A stretch of 64,000 nt of DNA from Hemiscyllium ocellatum (Eukaryota), in assembly GCF_020745735.1 (NCBI RefSeq), contig NC_083433.1, positions 6,273,363 to 6,337,362 on the forward strand, written 5' to 3'. The position numbers and the translations under genes are program-made. Below the pieces are notes generated by a model. That model searched no databases, was not told the DNA's origin, and saw nothing but the letters and a program-made list of their open reading frames with translations. This document shows positions 1-11,298 of this stretch, piece by piece; positions within the stretch are counted from its first letter, which is position 1, and every line of letters starts with the position of its first letter.

Positions 1-1297
1 CCCTCCCCCCACCGTCACCATGAGACCGCACTGGGCCCACTCCCCTCCCCCCACCATCACCATGAGGCTGCGCTGGGCCCACTCCCCTCCCCCCACCGTC
101 ACCAAGAGCCTGCGCTGGGCCCACTCTCTACACCCTCCATCACCAAGAGGCTGCGCTGGGCCCACTCACCCTCCCCACCGTCACCATGAGACCGCGCTGG
201 GCCCATTCCCCTCCATCCACCGTCACCATGAGGCTGCGCTGGGCCCACTCCCTCCACCCACCGTCACCATGAGACCGCGCTGAGCCCACTCCCCTCACCC
301 CACCGTCACCATGAGACCGCGCTGAGCCCACTCCCCTCCCCCCACCATCACCATGAGGCTGCGCTGGGCCCACTCCCCTCCCTCCACCATCACCATGAGG
401 CTGCGCTGGGCTTACTCCCCTCCCCCCACCGTCACCATGAGGCTGCGCTGGGCCCACTCCCCTCCCCCCACCGTCACCATGAGGCTGTGCTGGGCCCACT
501 CCCCTCCACCCACCGTCACCATGAGACCGCACTGGGCCCACTCCCCTCCCCCCACCATCACCATGAGGCTGCGCTGGGCCCACTCCCCTCCCCCCACCGT
601 CACCATGAGACCGCACTGGGCCCACTCCCCTCCACCCACCGTCACCATGAGGCTGCGCTGGGCCCACTCTCTACACCCTCCATCACCAAGAGGCTGCGCT
701 GGGCCCACTCACCCTCCCCACCGTCACCATGAGACCGCGCTGGGCCCACTCCCCTCCATCCACCGTCACCATGAGGCTGCGCTGGGCCCACTCCCTCCAC
801 CCACCGTCACCATGAGACCGCGCTGAGCCCACTCCCCTCACCCCACCGTCACCATGAGACCGCGCTGAGCCCACTCCCCTCCATCCACCGTCACCATGAC
901 ACCGCGCTGGTCTCACTCCCCTCCCCCCACCGTCACCAAGAGGCTGCACTGGTCTCACTCCCCTCCCCCCACCGTCACCAAGAGGCTGCACTGGGCTCAC
1001 TCCCCTCCACCCACCGTCACCATGAGACCGTGCTGGGCTCACTCCCCTCCCCCCACCGTCACCAAGAGGCTGCACTGGTCTCACTCCACTCCCCCCACCG
1101 TCACCAAGAGGCTGCACTGGTCTCACTCCACTCCCCCCACCGTCACCTTGAGGCTGCGCTGGGCCCACTCCCCTCCCCCCACCGTCACCATGAGGCTGCA
1201 CTGGGCCCACTCCTCTCCCCCGACTGTCACCATGAGGCTGCACTGGGCTCACTCCCCACCCCCCTGCGCCGTCTCCATGAGACCGTGCTGGACCCAC
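1..1297. repeat. 42-bp GC-rich minisatellite, about 30 copies (runs off the window edge)
   Basis: Unit ~ACCATGAGGCTGCGCTGGGCCCACTCCCCTCCCCCCACCGTC; ATGs at 20 and 62 give the period. Confidence 0.97.
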
Positions 1298-1454
1298 TCA
1301 TTACTACCAAAGTTGTCACCGCAACCGAGCTCTTCAACAAGAGGCAAACAAAATAGGAAAGAGAGAGAGAAAAAAAAAGCAAGAAAAGAAATGAATGGGA
1401 AAGCGGATGGAGGGCTCAGGAGGCTAAATCCACAAGACCCCCGCCAACCTGCAA

Positions 1455-2500
1455 CCCCGCCCCTCCCCCCTGCCTACACCCCCACCCTCCCGCCCACACC
1501 TCACCCTCCCGCCTGTACCCCCACCCTCCTGCCTACAGCCCCCCTCCCGCCTACACCCAGACCCTTCCGCCTACACCCCCACCCTCCTGCCCACACCCCA
1601 CCCTCCAGTCTACACCCCACCCTCCTGCCCTCACCCCCACCCTCCTGCCTACACCTCCACCCTCCTGCCTACACCCCCACCCTCCCGTCTACACACCCAC
1701 CCTCCTGTCTACACCCCCACCCTCCTGCCTACACCCCCGCCCTCCTGCCCTCACCCACACCCTCCTGCCTACACCTCCACCCACCTGCCTACACCTCCAC
1801 CCACCTGCCTACACCCCCACCCTCCTGCCTACATCCCCACTCTCCTGCCTACACCCCCACTCTCCTGCCTACACCCCCACCCTCCCGTCTACACACCCAC
1901 CCTCCTGTCTACACCCCCACCCTCCTGTCTACACCCCCACCCTCCTATCTACACCCCCACCCTCCCGCCTACACCACCGCCCTCCTGCCTACACCCCCAC
2001 CCTCCTGCCTACACCCCCACCCTCCCATCTACACACCCACCCTCCCACCTACACCCCCACCCTCCTGTCTACACACCCACCCTCCTGTCTACACCCCCAC
2101 CCTCCTATCTACACCCCCACCCTCCCGCCTACACCCCCACCCTCCTGCCTACACCCCCACCCTCCCATCTACACACCCACCCTCCCACCTACACCCCCAC
2201 CCTCCTGCCTACACCCCCACCCTCCCATCTACACACCCACCCTCCCACCTACACCCCCACCCTCCTGTCTACACACCCACCCTCCTGCCTACACCCCCAC
2301 CCTCCTATCTACACCCCCACCCTCCCGCCTACACCCCCACCCTCCTGCCTACACCCCCACCCTCCCGTCTACACACCCACCCTCCCGCCCACACCCCCAC
2401 CCTCCTGCCTACACCCCCACCCTCCTGCCCACACCCCCACCCTCCTGCCTACACTCCCACCCTCCTGGCTACACCCCCACCCTCCTGCCTACACTCCCTC
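1455..2500. repeat. 20-bp C-rich minisatellite, about 50 copies
   Basis: Unit CCTCCTGCCTACACCCCCAC. Confidence 0.97.
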
Positions 2501-2859
2501 CCATCTCCCTGTAAAACAGATTTACATTCACAAACGTTCACGAAGTGAGCTGGCAGAAGTGAAACTGCACTTTCTCTGATTCAGTGATTAAGATGCATCC
2601 TGTCCTGTTCTGTGGTAATAGGCAAATTTCCAACAAAAAGCTATTTAAAACGCTGATTTAACACAGCACCATTTCCCCGCCTCAGTGCTATTCTGCTTCC
2701 AAAGATATAATGAGCTCACACACGCGTTTCCGACTCATCTCTCTCTGACAGCTGTCAATCACCATCCTTCAGCTCACACTCAGAATCAGAGCAACACAGT
2801 CAGGTGGGCAGGCATTCAGAATGTGCTTAACTGCTCTCTCTGAGGCACTCTGTCTCTCA

Positions 2860-2893
2860 TTCATACACACTCACACTCATACATATTCACATT

Positions 2894-2965
<72 letters not shown>

Positions 2966-3430
2966 CTCATACACACCCACTCATACTTAGTCACACTCAA
3001 ACACACACATTCACACTCATTCACACACACACAAACACACACTCATGCACATGCACTCACCTTCATACACACACTCATTCACGCACATTCGCGCTCACAC
3101 AGACACTCACGCACATACACACCCTCATACACACTTATACTTGTATACCNNNNNNNNNNNNNNNNNNNNNNNNNNNNNNNNNNNNNNNNNNNNNNNNNNN
3201 NNNNNNNNNNNNNNNNNNNNNNNNNNNNNNNNNNNNNNNNNNNNNNNNNNNNNNNNNNNNNNNNNNNNNNNNNNNNNNNNNNNNNNNNNNNNNNNNNNNN
3301 NNNNCCCTGCACACTCACTCACACATTCACTCACAATGCCACACACACAAAGCCACACACACATATACAGATAGGCACATGTGCGCACACACACACATTT
3401 ACACTCATATACAGGTTCAAATGCACACAA
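2860..3430. repeat. (CA)n microsatellite and CA-rich low-complexity sequence
   Basis: Pure (AC)n at about 2897-2960 with degenerate flanks. Confidence 0.95.
3150..3304. other. Assembly gap (155 N)
   Basis: Run of n. Confidence 1.
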
Positions 3431-3788
3431 TCCATCCACAGCTCCCTCAGTGCACCATAGAGCAATATCAGCAACTCGCCCCACCCCCACTCCCTGTACC
3501 AGCACGTTCTCTGTGTTCCCCAGCCCCCTCCCTAAGATTAACCATGTAGACTCGTACCACCTCTTTCCCCCCCCAGACCACCCTCCCCCTTCAGGATTGA
3601 CTCATTTCACCACCTCCCTCCCCCAAACCAACAGATGCTGGGAGGAAGGAAACAGCCAAAACACCAGATATTGGTGGGTCAGTGGTAGACTGGAGTAAAA
3701 AATGAGGTCTGCAGATGCTGGAGATCACAGCTGCAAATGTGTTGCTGGTTAAAGCACAGCAGGCCAGGCAGCATCTCAGGAATAGAGA

Positions 3789-3824
3789 ATTCGACGTTTC
3801 GAGCATAAGCCCTTCATCAGGAAT
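3789..3824 (-). ncRNA. Minimal type-I hammerhead ribozyme motif in a Penelope-derived element
   Basis: AUUC-CUGAUGA-A-GGGC-UUAU-GCUC-GAAAC-GUC-GAAU: core boxes intact, helix I AUUC/GAAU, palindromic helix III ACGU. Confidence 0.65.
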
Positions 3825-4035
3825 AAGAGAGAGAGCCAAGCAGGCTAAGATAAAAGGTAGGGAGGAGGGACTGGATAGACTGGACCCTATCACCTCTGAG
3901 CCCAAAGACTCAGACCCTCCCCCTCCCTCACTCCAGTGAGAGTCCATTGCTGCCAAAATGAATAAAATTCAAACGAATCTCCCAGCGACAGATGTGTGGT
4001 GGGAAACCTGATGTCTGCATCGTGACTTCACTTAG

Positions 4036-4209
4036 TTAAAAATCACCCAACACCAGGTTATAGTCCAATAGGTTTAATTGGAAGCACACTAACTTTCAGA
4101 GCGACACTCCGAAAGCTAGTGCTTCCAATTAAACCTGTTGGGCCATAACCTGGTGTTGGGTGATTTTTAACTTTGTACGCCCCAGTCCAATACCGGCATC
4201 TCCAAATCA
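4036..4209. mobile_element. Palindromic non-autonomous element (Penelope-derived type) with target-site duplication
   Basis: Near-perfect hairpin 4034-4172; flanking direct repeat TGACTTYACTTAG at 4023-4035 and 4210-4222. Confidence 0.7.
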
Positions 4210-4599
4210 TGACTTTACTTAGCCAGCCTTACACAATCAACTGATAACAGGTAGGTAACAAGGTTCACAAGGCACCAACAAGATAATGCGATCGGACTTT
4301 GTAACAGGCCTGGACCTCTGAATTAAGCCAACAATGGGTGCTCTGACAGGTAATAAAACAATACACTCTCGGCCATTGGGCAGAAGCTAAATGGGGTCTG
4401 AGGAACATTTAATGGGCTTTTAGATAAGCACATGAATATGCAAGAAATGGCGGGGTGTGGACCAAGGGGCAGGCAGAAGGGATCAGTTTAATTTGACATC
4501 AAGTCTGGCACAATATTGGGTGCCAAAGGGCCTGTTCCAGTATTGTGCTGTTCTATGTTCTATGAACACTTTAACCCACATTCACATACAGTATGGAAT

Positions 4600-4921
4600 C
4601 CCCACACTATGGAAACAGGTCATTCAGCCCAACCAAACAGCATCCCACCCAGGCACATCCTCCTACCCTATCCCTACATATCCCCTGACTAACCCACCCA
4701 ACCTACACATCCCTGGACACTATGGTGCAATTTCCCATGTCAAATCCACTTAACCCGCAGATCTTTGGACTGTGGGAGAAAACCGGAGCACCTGGAGGAA
4801 ACCCACGCAGACACGGGGAGAATGTGCAAACTCCACACAGTCAGTCGCCTGAGGTGGGAATTGAACCCAGGTCTCTGGTGCAGTGAGGCAGCAGTGCTAA
4901 CCACTGAGCCACCACGCTGCC
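4600..4921 (-). mobile_element. HE1-type tRNA-derived SINE
   Basis: Reverse complement of the GGTGGCTCAGTGGTTAGCACTGCTGCCTCAC head, B-box GGTTCAATTCC and central V-domain. Confidence 0.85.
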
Positions 4922-5464
4922 ATTTAGGGACCATTTCTTCACTGCTGGGCCCACTTCACTGATGCCACTGAACCCACACTCGCCCCATGACCAGGAATCT
5001 CTGGCTCCATTGCCAGGCCAGGTGGGGTGTGGCCCCAAGTAGGCTGCAGATGTTGCTATGCCAGGGCCGCCATCTTGAAGAGTCCGCTGCCACCGGCAAC
5101 ACTGTCCCTGATCGTTGGAGAAACTTTGCCTCATGGCCCAGACCACTGGGGAGAATGACTCTCGCTATCTGTACAGTTCAATGATTATCTGTCACTATGT
5201 TAAAGGAGGAGCAAAGAGGAATCACTGCCAAACCTGACCTTATAAAAGAGGTGAATTAGTGCATCTACCTGAGCATTCAGCATGAAAACCACCAGAGATG
5301 TACCATGTAAACCTGCGAAAACTGAAATACAAAAACTGCGGGTGCTGCAAATCCAAGAAACAAAAGCAGAATTGCTGGAAAAGCTCAGCAGGTCTGGCAG
5401 CATCTGTGGAGAGAAATCAGAGTTAATGTTTTGGGTCGATTTCTGAAGAAGGGTCTTGAAATCC

Positions 5465-6220
5465 CCCACTCTTGGGAAAAGACACCTTATCCATACTCCT
5501 CATGACGTTTATAAACCATTATAAGGTCACTCCTCATTCTCCTCCGGTCCAATGAAAAAAGTACCGGTCTTTTCCAGCCTCTCCTCATACACTCCATTCC
5601 TGTCAACCTCCTGGTAAATCTCTTCTGAACCCTCTCCAGCTTCACAATGTCCTTCCTATATCAGTGCGATTAGAAGTACAGACACTATTCCAAAAGAGGC
5701 CTCACCAATGTCTTGTACAACCTCAGCATGACATCCCAACCCCTGCACTCAAGGTTCTGAGCAATGCAGGCAAGTGTGCCAAACTCCTTCCTAACCACCC
5801 TGTCTATGTGACGCAAATTTCAAAGAATAATGTACCTGAAACCTCTAGGTCTCCCTGTTCTACAACACCACCCAGGGCCTTACTTTTAATTGTATAAGTC
5901 CTGTCCTTGTTAGTTTTACCAAAGTGCAATATCTCCCATTTATCCAAATTAAACTCCATCTGCCACTCCTCAGCCCAACTGATCTGGATCTCTTTGTAAT
6001 CTTAAATGACCTTAGGTGACTATCCACTTTACCACTAATTTTGGTATCATCCACAAACTAATGATGCTTTCTCATCTAAATCATTGATATAAATCTCAAA
6101 GAAAAGTGGACCCAGCACCAATCCCTGTGGAACATTGCTGGTCACAGGCCTCCAGTCCGAAAAACAATCCTCCACTATCACGCTCTGTCTCCTGCTAATT
6201 TTGTATCCAGTTGGCAAGTT
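5465..6220 (-). mobile_element. CR1/HER1-type LINE, decayed RT 3' fragment
   Basis: Minus-strand VPQG and xDDTKISG motifs; frameshifted. Confidence 0.8.
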
Positions 6221-6638
6221 GAAGGGTCATCTAGACTCGAAACGGTAACTTGCACCCTCTCCATGGATAATCTCCAGCATTGTTTGGTTCCAGTTCTAGC
6301 AAGATCACCAAGGACTCATAATGAATCGGACGATCAGCCGTGATCATATTGCACAGCAGAGCAAACTCGAAGGGCCGAATGGCCTACTCCCGCTTATGAT
6401 GTTTCTGTGTTCTGGGACAGAGAAGTGGCAGTGAGTTCTGCCCATGTTTAGAACGTTGTTTTGCAAACATTAAATATGAGTTAGTAATCCTGATAGAAAG
6501 TATATGCTTGAGCTCTTATCTACTGAGATGGCGCCACAGGCAACTGGCCAGATGAACTTGCAAGGGTCATCCAATAGTAACAGTTCATAATAACAAAAAG
6601 TAACCCCTTTTCCAGTTGAACTTTGCAGAAACAAATAT

Positions 6639-6915
6639 GGGCGGCACGGTGGCTCAGTGGTTAGCACAGCTGCCTCACGGCACCAGGGTCCCAGGTTCGA
6701 TTCCAGCCTTGGGCGACTGCTTGTGTAGACTTTGCACATTCTCCCACAGTCCAAAGGTGTGCAGGCCAGGTGAATTGGCCATGCTAAATTGCCCATAGTG
6801 TTAGGTGCACTAGTCAGAGGGGAAGTGGGTGTGGGTGGGTTATACTTCGGAGGGTTGGTGTGGACTTGTTGGGCCGAAGGGCCTGTTTCCACACTGTAGG
6901 GAATCTAATCTAATC
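6639..6915 (+). mobile_element. HE1-type SINE
   Basis: GGGCGGCACGGTGGCTCAGTGGTTAGC head; TCTAA tail repeats. Confidence 0.9.
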
Positions 6916-8269
6916 AAAAGTAAGGATTAATTTAAAATGCTCCCATGGGAGCCAGAAAACCATGTCAGGAGAGGGAGTGGGTGGAGAGTTGGGGAGGTGG
7001 GGTCATGGGCTGAAGGTTTGGGGTCATGAACTATGACAGATTAATGGCCACTGTTGAATTTGAGGCCCCCCACTTTGGCTGTCATGGGCTCCCCCCTCCC
7101 CATGCTGCCTGCTCTTACAGAGTTTCTCCAGCCTGCTCTCTCTGCCCCACCGATCAGTCTGTCCACAACAACCAGACAGTGGGAAATCTTTCAAGGGCTA
7201 GCAGTGGGGATCACTGTGAGATAAAGGTTCGGAAGCAGTGGCTTGCAATAAATAAAGTTAAAATGAATAACAACAGATGAAACTTCAAAGGTAGAATTCC
7301 AAAGGTTAATCTTATCAGTGAATGGTTTGTACTTTAATTTATAATGGCATCTCTTTTACCAAACCAAGTTACCACACCATTAACTAATTCAGCACTCACT
7401 CCTTATCTCACATACTAACTGATTAACCATCAGAAAATGCAGTCATTAAAAAGGGGATATGAGTGTGTTCACTGTTCTCTATGTCAGTGCATGTCCATGT
7501 ATATGTGTCTGCATGTATATGTTTGTGTACAGTTGCATGTCCATGTATATGCACCCAGACACACGTGTATACAGGATCAATGTTAGACCAATTTTTTAAG
7601 GTGAGAGGAGAAAGATTTTAAAAAAGACACATAGTGCAATCGTTTTACACAGAGGGTGGTTGGTGTGTGGAATGAGCTTCCAGAGAAAGTGATGGATATG
7701 AGTACAGTCACAATATTTAATAGACATTTGGATAGGTACATGGAAAGGGTTTGGAGGAATATGGGCCAGGAGCAGGCAGGTGGGACTAGTTTAGTTTGGG
7801 ATAATGGTCAACGTGGACTAGATGGACCAAATGGTCTGTTTCTGTGCTGGATGACTCTATAACTAAGTGCCTTGTTCCCACATTCTCCCCATACGCTTTG
7901 ATCCCTTTCGCCCTATAATCCACATTCTATCTTGTGGAAGGAAACTGTGAAAAAAATTCAGCGAAAAAGATTCAGCGGCTGGCGTTTGTTAAATTGTACT
8001 TTTGTTGATGATATCAGAGGCGGGATATAGAAGTTAACAAATTCAGACCGATACTGGTTGGCAGTGAGTAAGAGAACATCAGACTGCAGGGAGATGGTCT
8101 GGTCAATTGGGCAGAAGAGTGGAAAGTAAGACTCAAACCAGAGGAACACAAGTAACGCGATTTGAAAAATGCCACAAGGGCTCACAATAACTGAGAGATG
8201 ACTTAGTAATGTGGAGGAACAAGGAGACTGTCGAGAAATATCCATATATCCTCAAAGCTAGCAAGAAAG

Positions 8270-8726
8270 ATTTTTTTTTCTTTTTTTTTAAAACCCCCAC
8301 ACTACCGCCTAACTGCGGTAGTGCTTATTTTTTCCCCAGCATCCATGGTGTGTGTGCAAGTGTGAGACGCAGTGAGAGACACAAAGTGCACAAATCTTTA
8401 TTCAATTTCCACCACCAGGAAGAAAGGAAACACCCGAGTGGCCTGTGACAAGCAGTGCCCTTCACATCAAAGAGGGCAATGCTGTGTGATCAAACAGTGA
8501 AGGGGAGGGCAGGGACTAAATCAAAATAGAGTTGGAGGGGGAAATGATGCACTCCACTCCCTGCGGCGCCCACCTCTCCCTGAACAACTCCAGGGTGTTG
8601 GTGGACACCACGTGTTCCTTCTCCATGGATACCCAGGCTCAGATGTAGCTGTGGAAGAGGGGCAGGCAGTCGGCTCTAACGACCCCCTCCATGGCCCGCT
8701 GCCTGGACCTGTTTATGGCCAGTTTG
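8270..8726 (-). mobile_element. 5'-truncated Tx1-clade (L1 group) non-LTR retrotransposon
   Basis: Minus-strand KLAINRSRQRAMEGVVRADCLPLFHSYI*...FRERWAPQGVEC resembles the Tx1 ORF2 C-terminus; poly(A) tail at 8270-8289; AAGATTTTT on both sides. Confidence 0.7.
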
Positions 8727-9219
8727 GAAGATTTTTAAAATTCATTCACTGGTTGTTTGCCCCTCCCTAATTGCCCAGAGGGCAGTTAAGAGTCAACCAC
8801 ATTGCTATGGGTCTGGAGTCACATGTAGGCCAGATCAAGTAAGGATGGCAGTTTCTCCTTCCCTAAAGGACATTAGTGAAGCAGACAGGGTTTTCCACAC
8901 AATTGGCAATGGATTCATGGCTATTAATAGATTTTTAATTCGAGATTTTTATTGAGTTTAAATTTCATCATCTGCCATGTGGGGATTTGAACCCAAGTCC
9001 CCTGAAAATGTCTTCTTTCTCTGGATTGACAATCCAGTGATAATAGCATTAGTCATCACCTCCCCTACAATAAAGTAGGGTGTATGGCACGCTTTCCTTT
9101 ATTGTCCCAGGCTAAACATATAAGAGCAGGCAAGTTGTAGAATAATATACAACACTAGTTCGACAAAAGCTCAAGTACTTTGACAGTTCTGATCGTGACC
9201 ATATCAACCCTAAGACCTT

Positions 9220-9940
9220 GGACCATAAGATATAGAAGCAGAATTAAGCCATTCGGCCCATCATGACTGCTCTACCATTCGATCAAGGCTGACATGTCTC
9301 TCAACCCCATTCTCCTGCCTTCTACCTGTTACCCTTGATCCCGTCACCCATCAAGAACCGATCTATCTCTGTCTTAAATGCACTCAATCACTTGGTCTCC
9401 AGAGACCTCTGCTGCAATGAGTTCCACAGATTCCCCATTCTCTGGCTGAAGAAAGTCCTCCACATTTCAGTTCTAAAGGGTCACCCCTTCTCTCTGAGGC
9501 TGTGCCCTCAGGTCCTAGTCTCTCCTATGAGTGGAAACGTTTTCTCCATATTCACTCTACCCAGGCCTCTCAGTGTTTTGTAAGTTTCAATCAGATCTCC
9601 ACTGAGTACAATCCTAGACTCCTCAACTTCACCTCATATGACAAGCCCTTCATCCCCAGGATTATTCTTGTAAACCTTCCCTGGAACCCCCTCCCCCCTC
9701 CAACACCAGCACATCCTTCTTTAAATATGGGGCTCAAAACTGCTGACAATATTCTAACTGCAGTCTGACCACAGTCTTATACAGCCTCAGCAGTACATCT
9801 CTGCTCTTGTATTCTAGCCTTTTTGGAATGAATGCTAGCATAGCACTTACCTTCCTAACTGCCAACTTTCTAACTACATGTTAACCTTAAAAGAATCCTG
9901 ATCTGGAACGCCCAAGTCCCTTTGTGCTTCAGGTTTCTGA
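9220..9940 (-). mobile_element. CR1-type LINE 3' fragment
   Basis: Same RT C-terminus and 3' UTR as other copies in the window. Confidence 0.7.
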
Positions 9941-9982
9941 AGCAGAAAAGATGTATTCCCATGGAGTTAAACAAGACCAGGC

Positions 9983-9987
<5 letters not shown>

Positions 9988-10019
<32 letters not shown>
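9988..10019. repeat. (GA)n microsatellite
   Basis: Visible run. Confidence 0.95.
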
Positions 10020-10022
<3 letters not shown>

Positions 10023-10974
10023 CATGTGTGTGTGAGACAGAGGCAGTGAGAGAGGGTTCAGGGGTAATAACAGAAAGAAAAGAGCTAAGGAGAGCAGCAT
10101 TCGGGCAGAAGTGGGACAAAAGCAAGGTGATGAGAAACCCCAGGCAGGGCTAGCAGGGATGAGAGTATGTAGAACTCCAAAGGAACTACAATTCTTCTTC
10201 ATCCAACAGCACTGTGATCATCTATCCCAGCTGAAATGAGGATTGAATTGCTCACTGTCAGTTCCAATCTGACCCCACATCAGTAATCCAGAGAACTGGA
10301 CCAACCTGCCTCCCTTCCCCACTGGGTTTCTGTGGCAACATACACTTTTACCTGCATGTTACTGTCTGGAGCAACAGAGGCTACAACATCCTTTCTATCA
10401 CACGGCTGATCAGACCTCCCCCTCTCACTGTTACTGCCTACCATGTGCATTACAGAGAATCAGCTGGTTTGACCACATTCCAAACACACCTTTGTTGGCT
10501 GTAGTGGGACTCAATTGCAAAGCTTCTACCACAGAGACAGGGACACTACCCACTGCGGCACTGATGATTATTAGCTGTAAAATAGTTATTCGAGCCCTTT
10601 TTGAAATTGAGTAGGCAACACTTGGATTACAGGGTAAAAAGCAGAGCATGTTGTTCATACCATTTGTATTTTCTAGTCAGGCTATAGGAGCGTATATCAG
10701 TTATAGCAAAGTTTGTGGGGCACATGGGGAATCGTGAGGGAAGTCTGACTAAGAGGGCATGTGACAGCGGGGAACACATGTAATGCCCATTTGGAGGGTG
10801 GTACAGCAATCAAGAAGGTATTGTATGTTGGAAAACAAACTGCCCACTCACATCTTTGTGACTGTTCAGAGTGGTTCAAAATGTTAATCCACCATGAACA
10901 TGAACGGAGCCCTCAGGGGAGTTTGTAACCCCATGAAGAAATGTTAGGGCTGTTGATTTTCGGGGTTTCCTGAT

Positions 10975-11298
10975 TAGATTAGATTCCCCACAGTATGGAA
11001 CAGGCTCGTCGGCCCAACAAGTTTACACTGACCCTCCGAAGAGTAACCCACCCAGACCCATTCCCTACCCTATATTTACCCCCGGCTAATGCACCTAACA
11101 CTATGGGCAATTTAGCACGACCAATTCACTTGACCTGCACATCTTTTGGATTGTGGGAGGAAACCGGAGCACCCAGAGGAAACCCACGCAGACACGGGGA
11201 GAATGTGCAAACGCCACACAGACAGTCACCTGAGAATTGAACCCAGATTCCTGGCACTGTGAGGTAGCAGTGCTAACCACTGAGCCACCGTGCCGCCC
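10975..11298 (-). mobile_element. HE1-type SINE
   Basis: Full head and tail; TTAGA tail repeats on the + strand. Confidence 0.9.

Noticed and set aside
20-2548. Long Pro/His/Thr-rich ORFs (up to 550 aa) and Gly-rich antisense ORFs
   Set aside because: Products of stop-poor 42-bp and 20-bp minisatellites, open in several frames on both strands, with no coding signals.
2821-3549. His-Thr repeat ORFs
   Set aside because: CA microsatellite plus N gap.
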